Part shown: piece by piece, positions 7,865 through 17,082 of the stretch | How positions within the stretch are numbered: the first letter of the stretch is position 1 | Layout: each line of letters opens with the position of its first letter | IMG/VR virus record: IMGVR_UViG_3300020048_000056 | Location: 32,001 to 96,000 of that record | From: a virus | Length of the DNA stretch: 64,000 nt | Reading direction: 5' to 3' (one strand) | Notes under the pieces: model-generated | Seen by the model: the letters and a program-made list of their open reading frames with translations, nothing else | What the model was told of the DNA's origin: nothing | Database searches by the model: none | Program-made: the position numbers and the translations under genes

Positions 7865-9517
7865 ATGACAAAGAGATTACTTAGTACTCAGAAGACGGTA
7901 AACCTATCTACTGATCCAGCAACTGGCGTATCTGGAGAAACATATTTTAATACTACTAATAAAATATTCAGATACCATAATGGAACATCTTGGTTATCAA
8001 GTAGTGGAACAATAATATCCGATACTGCTCCATCTTCACCAGCAGAAGGAATGCTTTGGTTTGATAGTACAAATGGTAAAACCTATATTTATTATAGTTC
8101 TGCTTGGGTAGAAATTGGAAATACTACAGCCATTCCAGATCAAACAGGTAATGATGGATCACTGCTTATAACTAATGGATCATCAACTTCTTGGTCTAAA
8201 GCATTCTATGACCATACAGATCCAGACATTCCTTCAGAAATATTTATAGGAAGTGGTTATGCAACCATACAAGCAGCCAACATGATAACGGGATCTTTCC
8301 AATCAGTTGAACTCACTGCGGGCCGAATTAAAAATAGCGTTGATAGTTTAGATGCAATGGGAAATGGATATACTCATCTTCTAGCAAATGAATCTACAGT
8401 TGATTATGGAATATATTTATCAGAAGGAGGAATTGCAACTATATCTGCTGCAAATATAAATCTTGTAGGAATAGCAAGTTCTGCAACAGCAGCAGTAGAT
8501 ACAAATACAACTCAAGTAGCGACTACTGCTTATGTAGTAGGCCAAGGGTACTTAAAGTCTGCAACTGCTACTTCTACATATGCTCCCATTGCCTCTCCAG
8601 CAATTACTGGAAATGCCACAATATTGGATAATAGTTCAAGTCCTGCTTTAAAAATTACGCAAACTGGGGCAGGAGTTGCTTTATTAGTTGAAGATATTGC
8701 TAGTGTGGATTCTAGTCCATTTATTATTGATAAAGATGGAAAAGTTGGTATTGGAACAACATCCCCATCTACGCTTAAATCAGGAACGGTCCACCTCTCC
8801 TCAACAACTTCAGAAATTCGTATTGAATCATCAGATAGTACAACGGGTATTCCAAACTCATTATTAAATATTAAAAGAGCGGCTACTCGTTCAGGTGGTA
8901 TATCCTTTACTGACCTATCTGATACAGAGGTAGCCTTTATGGGAATACCATATAATGCTGGATCAACTTCTGATTCTATTATTATTCGTACTGCAACAGT
9001 TGAACGTATGCGTATTACAAGTACTGGCAATGTTGGTATTGGGACGGCTAATCCTCAAGCACAACTACATGTCCAAGGTACAAGTAATTACCGGCAATGG
9101 CTTCAATCCCATGCCACTAGCGTTAAAAGCCTATTCGTTCGGGCTAATGGGACTGCGGTTGCGCCTACTACCGTCTTGGCTGGTGAAGCAATTGGGTCAT
9201 TAGAGTTCTTTGGGTATGACGGAGCGGCTAATCAACCGGCGGCACAGATTGTTGCGGCGATTGATGGATCTCCCGGTGCTGGGGACATGCCGGGTCGTAT
9301 GGTGTTTAACACGACTCCTGATGGCTCGGCTACCCCTGCTGAACGAATGCGTATCACTGCCGCTGGCAATGTCGGTATTGGCATGACCCCTGTTTATAAA
9401 CTTGATGTAAATGGTACAATAAATGCGACAGAGATTCTTGTGAATGGCGCAGCAATAACTGCTGTTGTTAGTTATGAAACTGATCAAGCAGTTTTGTCAC
9501 AAAGAATATTTACATAG
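7865..9517 (+). CDS. Tail fibre/spike protein with ERMRI..GNVGIG repeats
   Basis: Repeated ERMRIT..GNVGIG; modules shared with 11006-12568; TATAAT-N6-ATG start. Confidence 0.75.
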   Translation: MTKRLLSTQKTVNLSTDPATGVSGETYFNTTNKIFRYHNGTSWLSSSGTIISDTAPSSPAEGMLWFDSTNGKTYIYYSSAWVEIGNTTAIPDQTGNDGSLLITNGSSTSWSKAFYDHTDPDIPSEIFIGSGYATIQAANMITGSFQSVELTAGRIKNSVDSLDAMGNGYTHLLANESTVDYGIYLSEGGIATISAANINLVGIASSATAAVDTNTTQVATTAYVVGQGYLKSATATSTYAPIASPAITGNATILDNSSSPALKITQTGAGVALLVEDIASVDSSPFIIDKDGKVGIGTTSPSTLKSGTVHLSSTTSEIRIESSDSTTGIPNSLLNIKRAATRSGGISFTDLSDTEVAFMGIPYNAGSTSDSIIIRTATVERMRITSTGNVGIGTANPQAQLHVQGTSNYRQWLQSHATSVKSLFVRANGTAVAPTTVLAGEAIGSLEFFGYDGAANQPAAQIVAAIDGSPGAGDMPGRMVFNTTPDGSATPAERMRITAAGNVGIGMTPVYKLDVNGTINATEILVNGAAITAVVSYETDQAVLSQRIFT

Positions 9518-9525
9518 GAGGAATA

Positions 9526-9885
9526 ATGGCTGTATTTAGTAAAACGATTCTTTCTGGTTCAACGGATGGTCGTGCCGTTAAGGTTGTTGCTACAGCAACT
9601 GCGGGTACAACAATTCATACTGGATCAGCGACTGCTGCAACGTTGCATGAGGTTTGGCTATATGCTCAAAACACTAGTACTGCTGCCGTTAAATTAACGG
9701 TTCAATGGGGTGGTACTACTTCGCCTGATGATGATATTGAGTTGACTGTGCAAGCGGAATCAGGACTTGTATTGGTTGCTCCAGGACTTCTAATTAAGGG
9801 AAATGCCACTCCGCTTGTGATTCGTGCATTTGCGGCAACGGCTAACGTTATTACTATTCATGGTTTTGTGAATGTTATTGCGTAA
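9526..9885 (+). CDS. Conserved phage beta-rich virion protein
   Basis: EVWLYAQN..VQWGGTTSPDD..HGFVN; SD AGGAGG. Confidence 0.6.
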   Translation: MAVFSKTILSGSTDGRAVKVVATATAGTTIHTGSATAATLHEVWLYAQNTSTAAVKLTVQWGGTTSPDDDIELTVQAESGLVLVAPGLLIKGNATPLVIRAFAATANVITIHGFVNVIA

Positions 9886-10880
9886 TGAGATATCCACGCA
9901 CACCATCGTTACCAGTTAGTGCTACGTCTTATGGGCGTGGAGTACAGCCAGCGTATGTTTCTATACCTTTAGTTGTTCAGTATTTGGTAATTGGTGGCGG
10001 GGCTTCTGGTGGTTTTGGAAATATCCAAGTTTCTGGAGGCGGGGGCGGTGCTGGTGGATATCGCTGTAGTTTTAATGGGGACAACTCTGGCACAAATGTT
10101 GGTGCTGAAATTGCTTTAGTTCTTTCCACAGGCTCATTTTTTCCAGTAAAAGTTGGAACTGGTGGGGCAACTGTTGGTCCAGCCACTGTACTTGCTGGCA
10201 ATATTGTTGCTGGCCTTAATGGAAATCCTTCTTCTTTCGGTCCCATTGAAAGCATCGGAGGTGGTGGCGGTGGAGCCGCTGCTAACGTAGCAACTCCTGC
10301 CTCAAACGGCGGTTCTGGTGGCGGCGGTGGTGCTGCTGCAACATCGGGTGTAGTTGGAAATGGGACCGTAGGCCAAGGGAAAATGGGCGGTACTGGATTT
10401 CCAAGCGCGACTGTAACTGTTAGATCGGCTGGTGGTGGTGGAGGAGCAGGCTTTGTTGGAGTTAATGGGGCAAGCACCGTTGGTGGAAATGGTGGCGCTG
10501 GAATAGCCTCATCTATTACTGGCACTTCTATAACCCGTGGCGGCGGTGGGGGCGGGTCTACCACGTTAAACGGTGGCGGTACTCAAGGAACTGGTGGCTC
10601 TGGCGGTGGTGGTGCTGCTTCGGTTGGTAACGTTTTGCCAGGTAACGGTTCCGCTAATACTGGTGGTGGTGGTGGTGGTATTTCTAATAATAATACCGTT
10701 GGTGGAGGAACGGTGGGAAGTGGATCGGGTGGATCAGGGGTAGTTATTATCAGGTATCCAGATGTTTATACTGCGATATTTTCTGCTGGTGTTACTCAGA
10801 CAACAGCAACTAGTGGACGTTTTAAAGTATCTACAATTACAGCGACTTCTACAATAAATGAAACGGTGACATTTAAATGA
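9885..10880 (+). CDS. Glycine-rich domain virion protein
   Basis: YLVIGGGASGG..GGGGAGG..GGSGVVIIRY. Confidence 0.75.
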   Translation: MRYPRTPSLPVSATSYGRGVQPAYVSIPLVVQYLVIGGGASGGFGNIQVSGGGGGAGGYRCSFNGDNSGTNVGAEIALVLSTGSFFPVKVGTGGATVGPATVLAGNIVAGLNGNPSSFGPIESIGGGGGGAAANVATPASNGGSGGGGGAAATSGVVGNGTVGQGKMGGTGFPSATVTVRSAGGGGGAGFVGVNGASTVGGNGGAGIASSITGTSITRGGGGGGSTTLNGGGTQGTGGSGGGGAASVGNVLPGNGSANTGGGGGGISNNNTVGGGTVGSGSGGSGVVIIRYPDVYTAIFSAGVTQTTATSGRFKVSTITATSTINETVTFK

Positions 10881-11005
10881 GAGTATCAGTATATGCCATT
10901 GCTAAGAATAAGTAGTAAAGAAGTTATCAGGCTTTATCTATTAAATCCATATGTGAGGGTAATATAAAAATATGAAATTCTATATGAGAATGGTATAATT
11001 TATTT

Positions 11006-12568
11006 ATGTCAGTTAGAATTCAAATGCGTAGGGATACCGCTGCCAATTGGACGGCAAATAATCCCATCCTTGCAGCAGGGGAAATGGGCCTAGATACCAC
11101 AAACAATACTTGGAAAATTGGTGATGGTGCTAAAACATGGTCATTGTTGACATACTCAAATGCCACATTTGGACCTTCATCATTAACTGGTAATACTACA
11201 ATTCCTGTTCTTTCAATTAGTCAAGTAGGTTCTGGTCCTGCCCTTCTTGTAGAAGATTCTACTTCTGTAGATACTGATCCTTTCATTATTACTTCATCAG
11301 GGGATGTTGGTATGGGTACACTAACTCCCTCAGCCAAACTAGATGTAGTTGGTAATGCAAGATTCTCAGGACAAATTACATCTCTAGTCGCTACAAGTTC
11401 TCCACCACTCATTGTTGCATCAACGACGGTAGTTACTAATCTTAATGCTGATCTATTAGATGGACAACATGGAAGTTATTATGCTCCCCTTGCTTCTCCA
11501 GCACTTACTGGAAGTCCAACAATCTTAGCAAACACAAGTACTCCAGCATTAACTATTACTCAGACTGGGGCAGGCGCAGCACTTTTGGTGGAAGATTCTG
11601 CATCTATTGATAGCACTCCTGTTGTTATTGATACAAATGGCAGGCTTGGTATTGGGACAACGACTCCCGCTTCTCTCCTGCATATTGAATCGGATGCGGC
11701 ACATCATGTTAGATTTATTAAGAACTCTACAGACGCACAACCTGTTTACCTGATGTTTAGGAAGCGTAGGGGCACGGCTGCCGCCCCAACAATTGTTGCT
11801 GCTAACGACTACTTGGGGATCACCCAATATCTTGCATATGACGGTGCATCTGATCAGGCTGTGGCATCAATTTCTGTGCAGGTTGATGGGACTCCTGCTG
11901 CTGGTGATGTACCTACTCGTATGTGGTTTGCTACGACTCCCGCTGGTTCTTCTACTCCAGTATCACGAATGAATATTGCTAGTACTGGAATAGTGACCAT
12001 TACTGGTACTGTTCCTGCTGTAGACACAAATACTACTCAGGTAGCGACTACTGCATTTGTGGTTGGTCAAGGGTACTTAAAGTCGGCCACGGCTTCTTCA
12101 ACCTATGCCCCACTTGCTTCTCCCACATTGACTGGTACTCCATTATCTACCACTGCTGCTATAGGTACAAATACAACACAGATAGCCACTACTGCATTTG
12201 TAAATCAACGTGAAGAATTTCTTGAGATTGCTCTTTCTGATGAAATTACCGCTATTACTACGGGGGTAGCCAAAGTAACATTACGTGCTCCATATGCTAT
12301 GACTCTTACCCAAATTCCAAGGTCAAACGTAAATACTGCTTCTTCTTCTGGTATTCCTACAGTAGACATTAAGGTTACTGGAACCACAATTCTAGGTGCC
12401 GCCAAATTAACTATCGATGCTACTGAAAAGACTTCTACTACAGCAGCAACTCCAACAACATTAGTCACATCAACTATTGCTGATGATGCTGAAATCACCT
12501 TTGATGTTACTGTCGCGGGTACAGGAACCAAGGGACTTAAAGTAATTATATATTACAGAAGGACATAA
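11006..12568 (+). CDS. Tail fibre with Mtd N-terminal-like domain
   Basis: RIQMRRDTAANWTANNPILAAGEMGLDT..KIGDG; TGGTATAAT-N6-ATG start. Confidence 0.75.
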   Translation: MSVRIQMRRDTAANWTANNPILAAGEMGLDTTNNTWKIGDGAKTWSLLTYSNATFGPSSLTGNTTIPVLSISQVGSGPALLVEDSTSVDTDPFIITSSGDVGMGTLTPSAKLDVVGNARFSGQITSLVATSSPPLIVASTTVVTNLNADLLDGQHGSYYAPLASPALTGSPTILANTSTPALTITQTGAGAALLVEDSASIDSTPVVIDTNGRLGIGTTTPASLLHIESDAAHHVRFIKNSTDAQPVYLMFRKRRGTAAAPTIVAANDYLGITQYLAYDGASDQAVASISVQVDGTPAAGDVPTRMWFATTPAGSSTPVSRMNIASTGIVTITGTVPAVDTNTTQVATTAFVVGQGYLKSATASSTYAPLASPTLTGTPLSTTAAIGTNTTQIATTAFVNQREEFLEIALSDEITAITTGVAKVTLRAPYAMTLTQIPRSNVNTASSSGIPTVDIKVTGTTILGAAKLTIDATEKTSTTAATPTTLVTSTIADDAEITFDVTVAGTGTKGLKVIIYYRRT

Positions 12569-12570
12569 TT

Positions 12571-13404
12571 ATGGGTGGAATTCTAATGAATCCTTATAGA
12601 CATAAATCTCCTTGGAATTTAGCAACTGGTGGTAATACAGTTAACACTGTGACTAATTACAATGGTACTGGACAAACTTGGAATGTTCATAGTTTTACCG
12701 ATACTGGCATTGGATCTTTTAATATTATTAATGGTCCAAATCCATTTACATATTTACTTATTGCTGGAGGCGGTGGGGCTCTTGGTAGTGGAACTTACGG
12801 TGGTGGAGGAGGAGCAGGAGGATACTTGACTGGATCAACATCATTAACTAATGGATCTATATCTTTGTCTGTTGGAATTGGAGGAGGTGGAAGCACACAA
12901 GGAGGTGGTAGCACTTTTGGATCTATCGTTACAATTGGAGGTGGATCTCAAGGAGGAGTCGGAGGCTCTGGAGGTGGGGGACAAGGATACTGGCCTTATG
13001 CTCCTGGCGTGGGTACTGCGGGGCAAGGTAATACAGGAGGAACAGGTGCCAGTGGAATTAAATCATCAGGTGGTGGTGGAGGAGCAGGGGCAGTAGGAGG
13101 TGCCGCCGCTTCTAGGGCAGGAAATGGAGGATCAGGTCTTTCTAGTTCAATAACTGGAATATCCGTAGTACGCGCAGGAGGAGGTGGAGGCGGATCAGAT
13201 GCAGAATCAGGAGCAGGAGGTACTGGTGCAGGATCTGGAGGATCTGGTGGCGGGGGTAACGGAGGATTTAATACTTTTCCGGCTGCCTCCAATGGTGGCA
13301 GCGGCGCTGCAAACACTGGTTCTGGTGGTGGAGGAGGAAGTCAGGCAGGATCAGGAGGTGTAGGAGGATCAGGAATAATTATAATTGCTTATCAGATAGC
13401 ATAA
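12571..13404 (+). CDS. Glycine-rich domain virion protein
   Basis: NLATGG..WNVHSFT..YLLIAGGGG..GGSGIIIIAY. Confidence 0.75.
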   Translation: MGGILMNPYRHKSPWNLATGGNTVNTVTNYNGTGQTWNVHSFTDTGIGSFNIINGPNPFTYLLIAGGGGALGSGTYGGGGGAGGYLTGSTSLTNGSISLSVGIGGGGSTQGGGSTFGSIVTIGGGSQGGVGGSGGGGQGYWPYAPGVGTAGQGNTGGTGASGIKSSGGGGGAGAVGGAAASRAGNGGSGLSSSITGISVVRAGGGGGGSDAESGAGGTGAGSGGSGGGGNGGFNTFPAASNGGSGAANTGSGGGGGSQAGSGGVGGSGIIIIAYQIA

Positions 13405-13435
13405 ACATAAGTGATATAATCTTATTAGGTAAATT

Positions 13436-14266
13436 ATGACTCAATCTATAGGAACAACCTATCTATCAACAATCGCTACTCTAAGCGATAAAGCAACCAT
13501 TGTTGAAGCATTTCAATATTATCATTTAGGTGGTCTTACAGGATCTGTAGAAGAGAACAGTATAGAGAAGCGACTTGTAGATATAAATGCCCGTGCAGGC
13601 ACAATAGAGACAAATTTGGGGTACGGAGAACTACCTTTGCCCTCTCCAGTAAACACAAGACTTACTGCTCTTGAAGTTGCAACTGGAGGAGGAACATTAT
13701 CCTCTACTTATCTTAAAATGATCCCCACTAGCATTAATCCAAACCTAGTCACTCCAGCAACAAGTTCAGTAGTTCCTATGACAATTCAAGGGGTAGTTGG
13801 TCAATCAGCAAACCTTCAAGAATGGAAAACTAGTGCTACCTCAGTAGCCTATGTAGATCCAATTGGAAAAATTTATTCAAGCAATGGGGGGGCAGTAGCA
13901 GAAGTAGCCACTATTTCTGGAACACAAACACTAACTGATAAAAGATATGTTGTTGGAATAAATCCAAGAACTGCATCCTATCTTTTACAACTAACAGATC
14001 AAAGTAAAGTTGTTGAAGTTAATTCATCATCAACAACATATGTTTCAATTCCTGGAAATGCAAACGTGGCTTTTCCAGTTGGAACATACATTGTTGTTTT
14101 GCAAACTGGTACAGGACAAGTAATAATAGATGGACAAATAAATGTTGGGTGGACGGTAGTTATTAATGCAACCCCAGGTCTTAAGGCCAGAACTCAATGG
14201 TCAATGATAACTTTAATTAAAAGAGCAACAAATACGTGGGTCGTTGCTGGAGATCTAGTAGCATAA
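13436..14266 (+). CDS. Minor tail/fibre protein
   Basis: GQSANLQEW, FPVGTYI..QTGTGQV..LIKRATNTWVVAGDL; TGATATAAT at 13412. Confidence 0.65.
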   Translation: MTQSIGTTYLSTIATLSDKATIVEAFQYYHLGGLTGSVEENSIEKRLVDINARAGTIETNLGYGELPLPSPVNTRLTALEVATGGGTLSSTYLKMIPTSINPNLVTPATSSVVPMTIQGVVGQSANLQEWKTSATSVAYVDPIGKIYSSNGGAVAEVATISGTQTLTDKRYVVGINPRTASYLLQLTDQSKVVEVNSSSTTYVSIPGNANVAFPVGTYIVVLQTGTGQVIIDGQINVGWTVVINATPGLKARTQWSMITLIKRATNTWVVAGDLVA

Positions 14267-14281
14267 TGGTATAATTTTACT

Positions 14282-15142
14282 ATGCTTTATACAGACCCAT
14301 ATCTCCTACCTTCCCCAGAGCAAACAGATCCAGTAGATGTATCCCTACACATTAATCTATTGGCTGAGGCGGTAGACCTAGAACTTGGTAAAAAGGCTGA
14401 CTTGACATCTCCAGAATTTACTGGAACACCTACATCAACTACTCCAAGTCCTGGAAATAATACAACATATATAGCCACAACAGCGTTTGTTAAAACAGCA
14501 ATTGATAATGATGTTATTGCAACTGGGGAAGTTGTAAATTCAATGCTTGCATCAGATTCAGTAACTAATATAAAGGTCAGTGCTTCAGCAGCCATAGCAC
14601 AATCAAAAATTAGTGGATTAACGACTGATTTAGGGTTAAAGGCTCCACTGGCTTCTCCAACTTTCACAGGGACAGTAGTTCTTCCAAGTACAACATCTAT
14701 AGGAACTGTTACAAGCACACATATTGGATATCTGTTTGCAGCAGCATCTAATATTCAAGATCAGATAAATGCTAAAGCAGAAAGAGTCAGAGAGCCATCT
14801 ACTGATTTAATAATTACTTCTAACATAACAACACTAGATGTTTCAAAATGGAGCATTGGTGTAGTTGCCCCATCTCCACCAGCAGCAAACTTTACGTTAA
14901 ACTTAACAAATGTATTAGTAACTGACAATACAACAATAACTATAACTCTAATGGTTACTCAAGGATCTACTGGGTATATTCCATCAGCATTGCAGATTGA
15001 TGGGGTAGGGCAGACTATTAAGTGGCAAGGGGGTGTAGCGCCAGTTCCAACATCAGGTGCAGGGAAAATTGATATATTCTCATTCACTATTGCCCGTCGT
15101 ACAACTTGGTCAGCATATGGATCTGCGTTACTAAACTTCTAA
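14282..15142 (+). CDS. Minor tail/fibre protein
   Basis: KADLTSPEFTGTP, IATTAFV, KAPLASPTFTG, IKWQGG..IDIFSF; TGGTATAAT-N6-ATG start. Confidence 0.65.
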   Translation: MLYTDPYLLPSPEQTDPVDVSLHINLLAEAVDLELGKKADLTSPEFTGTPTSTTPSPGNNTTYIATTAFVKTAIDNDVIATGEVVNSMLASDSVTNIKVSASAAIAQSKISGLTTDLGLKAPLASPTFTGTVVLPSTTSIGTVTSTHIGYLFAAASNIQDQINAKAERVREPSTDLIITSNITTLDVSKWSIGVVAPSPPAANFTLNLTNVLVTDNTTITITLMVTQGSTGYIPSALQIDGVGQTIKWQGGVAPVPTSGAGKIDIFSFTIARRTTWSAYGSALLNF

Positions 15143-15933
15143 TGCCAAGATTATCTAGCATGGGTGGCATATATGGACCAATATCTGGTAAAGCCAGAAG
15201 AATGTTTAATTTAGCAACTGGTGGATCAATTGCTGAAGTTCCAAACTACAATGGAACTATAGAAACTTGGAATGTTCACACAATTACTGCTAATAGTAAT
15301 TTTACAATTCTAAGATCAATAGATGCGTTCTCAATTCTTGCTGTTGCTGGTGGTGGGGCTGGTGGAGCGCAGATTGATGGGAATACTCGTTGCGGAACTG
15401 GTGGTGGTGGTGGGGTAATCCTTACTTCTGCTTCCATAAATCTTGGCACTTATCCAGTTGTTGTTGGTCTTGCTGGTCCTGGAATTTATCCGACACTCGC
15501 CAATAACGGTGGAAATACTACGTTCAATGGGCTTACTGCTATCGGAGGCGGCGGTGGTGGGAGAGCAGCAAATACAGGAAATTACAACGGCGCTAACGGT
15601 GGATCTGGAGGTGGAGGCGCTAATGATCCTGGTGGAAGTTATGGCAGCGGAGGAACTAATACTGCTGGCCAAGGCTACGCGGGTGGTAGTGGATGGAATA
15701 CAACGAATACTTGCAATGGTGGTGGTGGCGCTACAAGTGCTGGGGCGCAGAATTATGCTGGTAGAGCCAGAACGGTTACGATTACGGGGTCATCTTTGAA
15801 AGTCGGGGCAGGAGGCGCAGGAGACGGTGTTAACGCCGACACCTCAACATACGGACAAGGTGGGTACGGTGGTGTTGGATATCAGGGCATAGGGCAAAAT
15901 GGCGTTTTAATAGTTGCCTATAGAATAAGATAG
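15142..15933 (+). CDS. Glycine-rich domain virion protein
   Basis: TAATG overlap start; NLATGG..WNVHT..GVLIVAY. Confidence 0.7.
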   Translation: MPRLSSMGGIYGPISGKARRMFNLATGGSIAEVPNYNGTIETWNVHTITANSNFTILRSIDAFSILAVAGGGAGGAQIDGNTRCGTGGGGGVILTSASINLGTYPVVVGLAGPGIYPTLANNGGNTTFNGLTAIGGGGGGRAANTGNYNGANGGSGGGGANDPGGSYGSGGTNTAGQGYAGGSGWNTTNTCNGGGGATSAGAQNYAGRARTVTITGSSLKVGAGGAGDGVNADTSTYGQGGYGGVGYQGIGQNGVLIVAYRIR

Positions 15934-15966
15934 TATTTTTATTAAAATAATATGGAGGGTAAATAG

Positions 15967-16443
15967 ATGTTTGTAGCAGCAAGTAGTTCCTCTGGAGGTA
16001 GATTTATACCTATAAAACCAGTATTGGTCTTTATAGGTAATGGTCAATTTTCTATAGATCCATATGATTCATCATTAGACTATAGGGTGTCTTCAGGTAC
16101 AAGATCTGGATCAACTATTGTTCCAGTTGGAACATCAAGCCCAGTAACTTTAATAGCCTATGCTCCAAAAGGAATTATGCAATCAACATCTTCCATATGT
16201 GAGTGGAGAAACATTACTACAAGCCAAGTACCCTATTATGGATATGGACAAACTGGGTGGACATATACTTGGTGTACTGGAACTTGTCCAAATGGAGCAG
16301 GTTGTCGTTATTGGGCAAATGGAGATCCATTTTGCCAAAATGCAACTTATGGAAATGATGCACTTTTAGGATACAATGCGGTAGAGGATACACCCCCTAT
16401 GGGATTTGCTAAGGCTTATGGCCAATGGTGGTCTACTTCATGA
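15967..16443 (+). CDS. Cys/aromatic-rich putative virion protein
   Basis: SD GGAGG; WCTGTCPNGAGCRYW..FC. Confidence 0.55.
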   Translation: MFVAASSSSGGRFIPIKPVLVFIGNGQFSIDPYDSSLDYRVSSGTRSGSTIVPVGTSSPVTLIAYAPKGIMQSTSSICEWRNITTSQVPYYGYGQTGWTYTWCTGTCPNGAGCRYWANGDPFCQNATYGNDALLGYNAVEDTPPMGFAKAYGQWWSTS

Positions 16444-16787
16444 ACATTAAAGTTAGTCGGGGAAATCAACTTTTTATGGAATGGGAAATGAAGAACAGAA
16501 AATTTGAAAATATTAATGGTGAGGTGCTAGAATTTTCACTTAAAGATAATATATTAAGATCATTTAGCAGAACAATCTGGGATAATGATAAGAGAACTAC
16601 AGGACTATCAAAAGATATAGTTCTAATAAATAAGGATGAAGGAGTATCTATGGTTTTTATGACTTGGGATACATCATTCCTTCCAGTAGGAATAAGCAAT
16701 TATGAAATATTAATTGTGGGTAAGAATGAAGATGAAGTTCCTACGATGTTTTTAGAAGATTGTGGAACGGTAGAGATAGTTGAATAA
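16440..16787 (+). CDS. Hypothetical beta-sandwich protein
   Basis: ATGA overlap; weak resemblance to 5170-5520 (YEI..LE.G.V.I). Confidence 0.5.
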   Translation: MNIKVSRGNQLFMEWEMKNRKFENINGEVLEFSLKDNILRSFSRTIWDNDKRTTGLSKDIVLINKDEGVSMVFMTWDTSFLPVGISNYEILIVGKNEDEVPTMFLEDCGTVEIVE

Positions 16788-16968
16788 TTCACCTTTGCAG
16801 TTACTAAAAGACGCCATTAAACTAGCAGATACAGAACTATCCGATAAAAGAATGTCTATCTGTCAAGAATGTCCATTTTTTACTGGAGTTTTATGCACAT
16901 CTTGTGGCTGCATAATGAAAATTAAAACAAGATTGCTGAATATGAAATGTCCATTAGATAAATGGTAA
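16780..16968 (+). CDS. Small Cys-rich protein
   Basis: RMSICQECPFF..CTSCGCIM..KCPLDKW. Confidence 0.65.
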   Translation: MNNSPLQLLKDAIKLADTELSDKRMSICQECPFFTGVLCTSCGCIMKIKTRLLNMKCPLDKW

Positions 16969-17082
16969 CCGTAATCAAACTGTTACATTAATCACCTAAG
17001 TCTTTCCTCATAGCCACCTTGTTAAATATACAAAAAGTTGCTACAATAGAAGTTCACAAAAATTCAAAGAAGGTGGTGTTTT

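Noticed and set aside
10893-10967. 24-codon ORF MPLLRISS.. in the spacer before 11006
   Set aside because: No SD or recognisable motif; likely chance or decayed sequence.
11006-12568. Diversity-generating retroelement, suggested by the Mtd N-terminal-like domain and repeated fibre segments
   Set aside because: No reverse transcriptase in the window; repeat mismatches are not adenine-specific and both copies are coding.
9977-13316. Pro-rich minus-strand ORFs (9977-10564, 12996-13316) and other antisense ORFs in the track
   Set aside because: Shadows of Gly- or Thr-rich plus-strand genes, with no independent motifs or signals.
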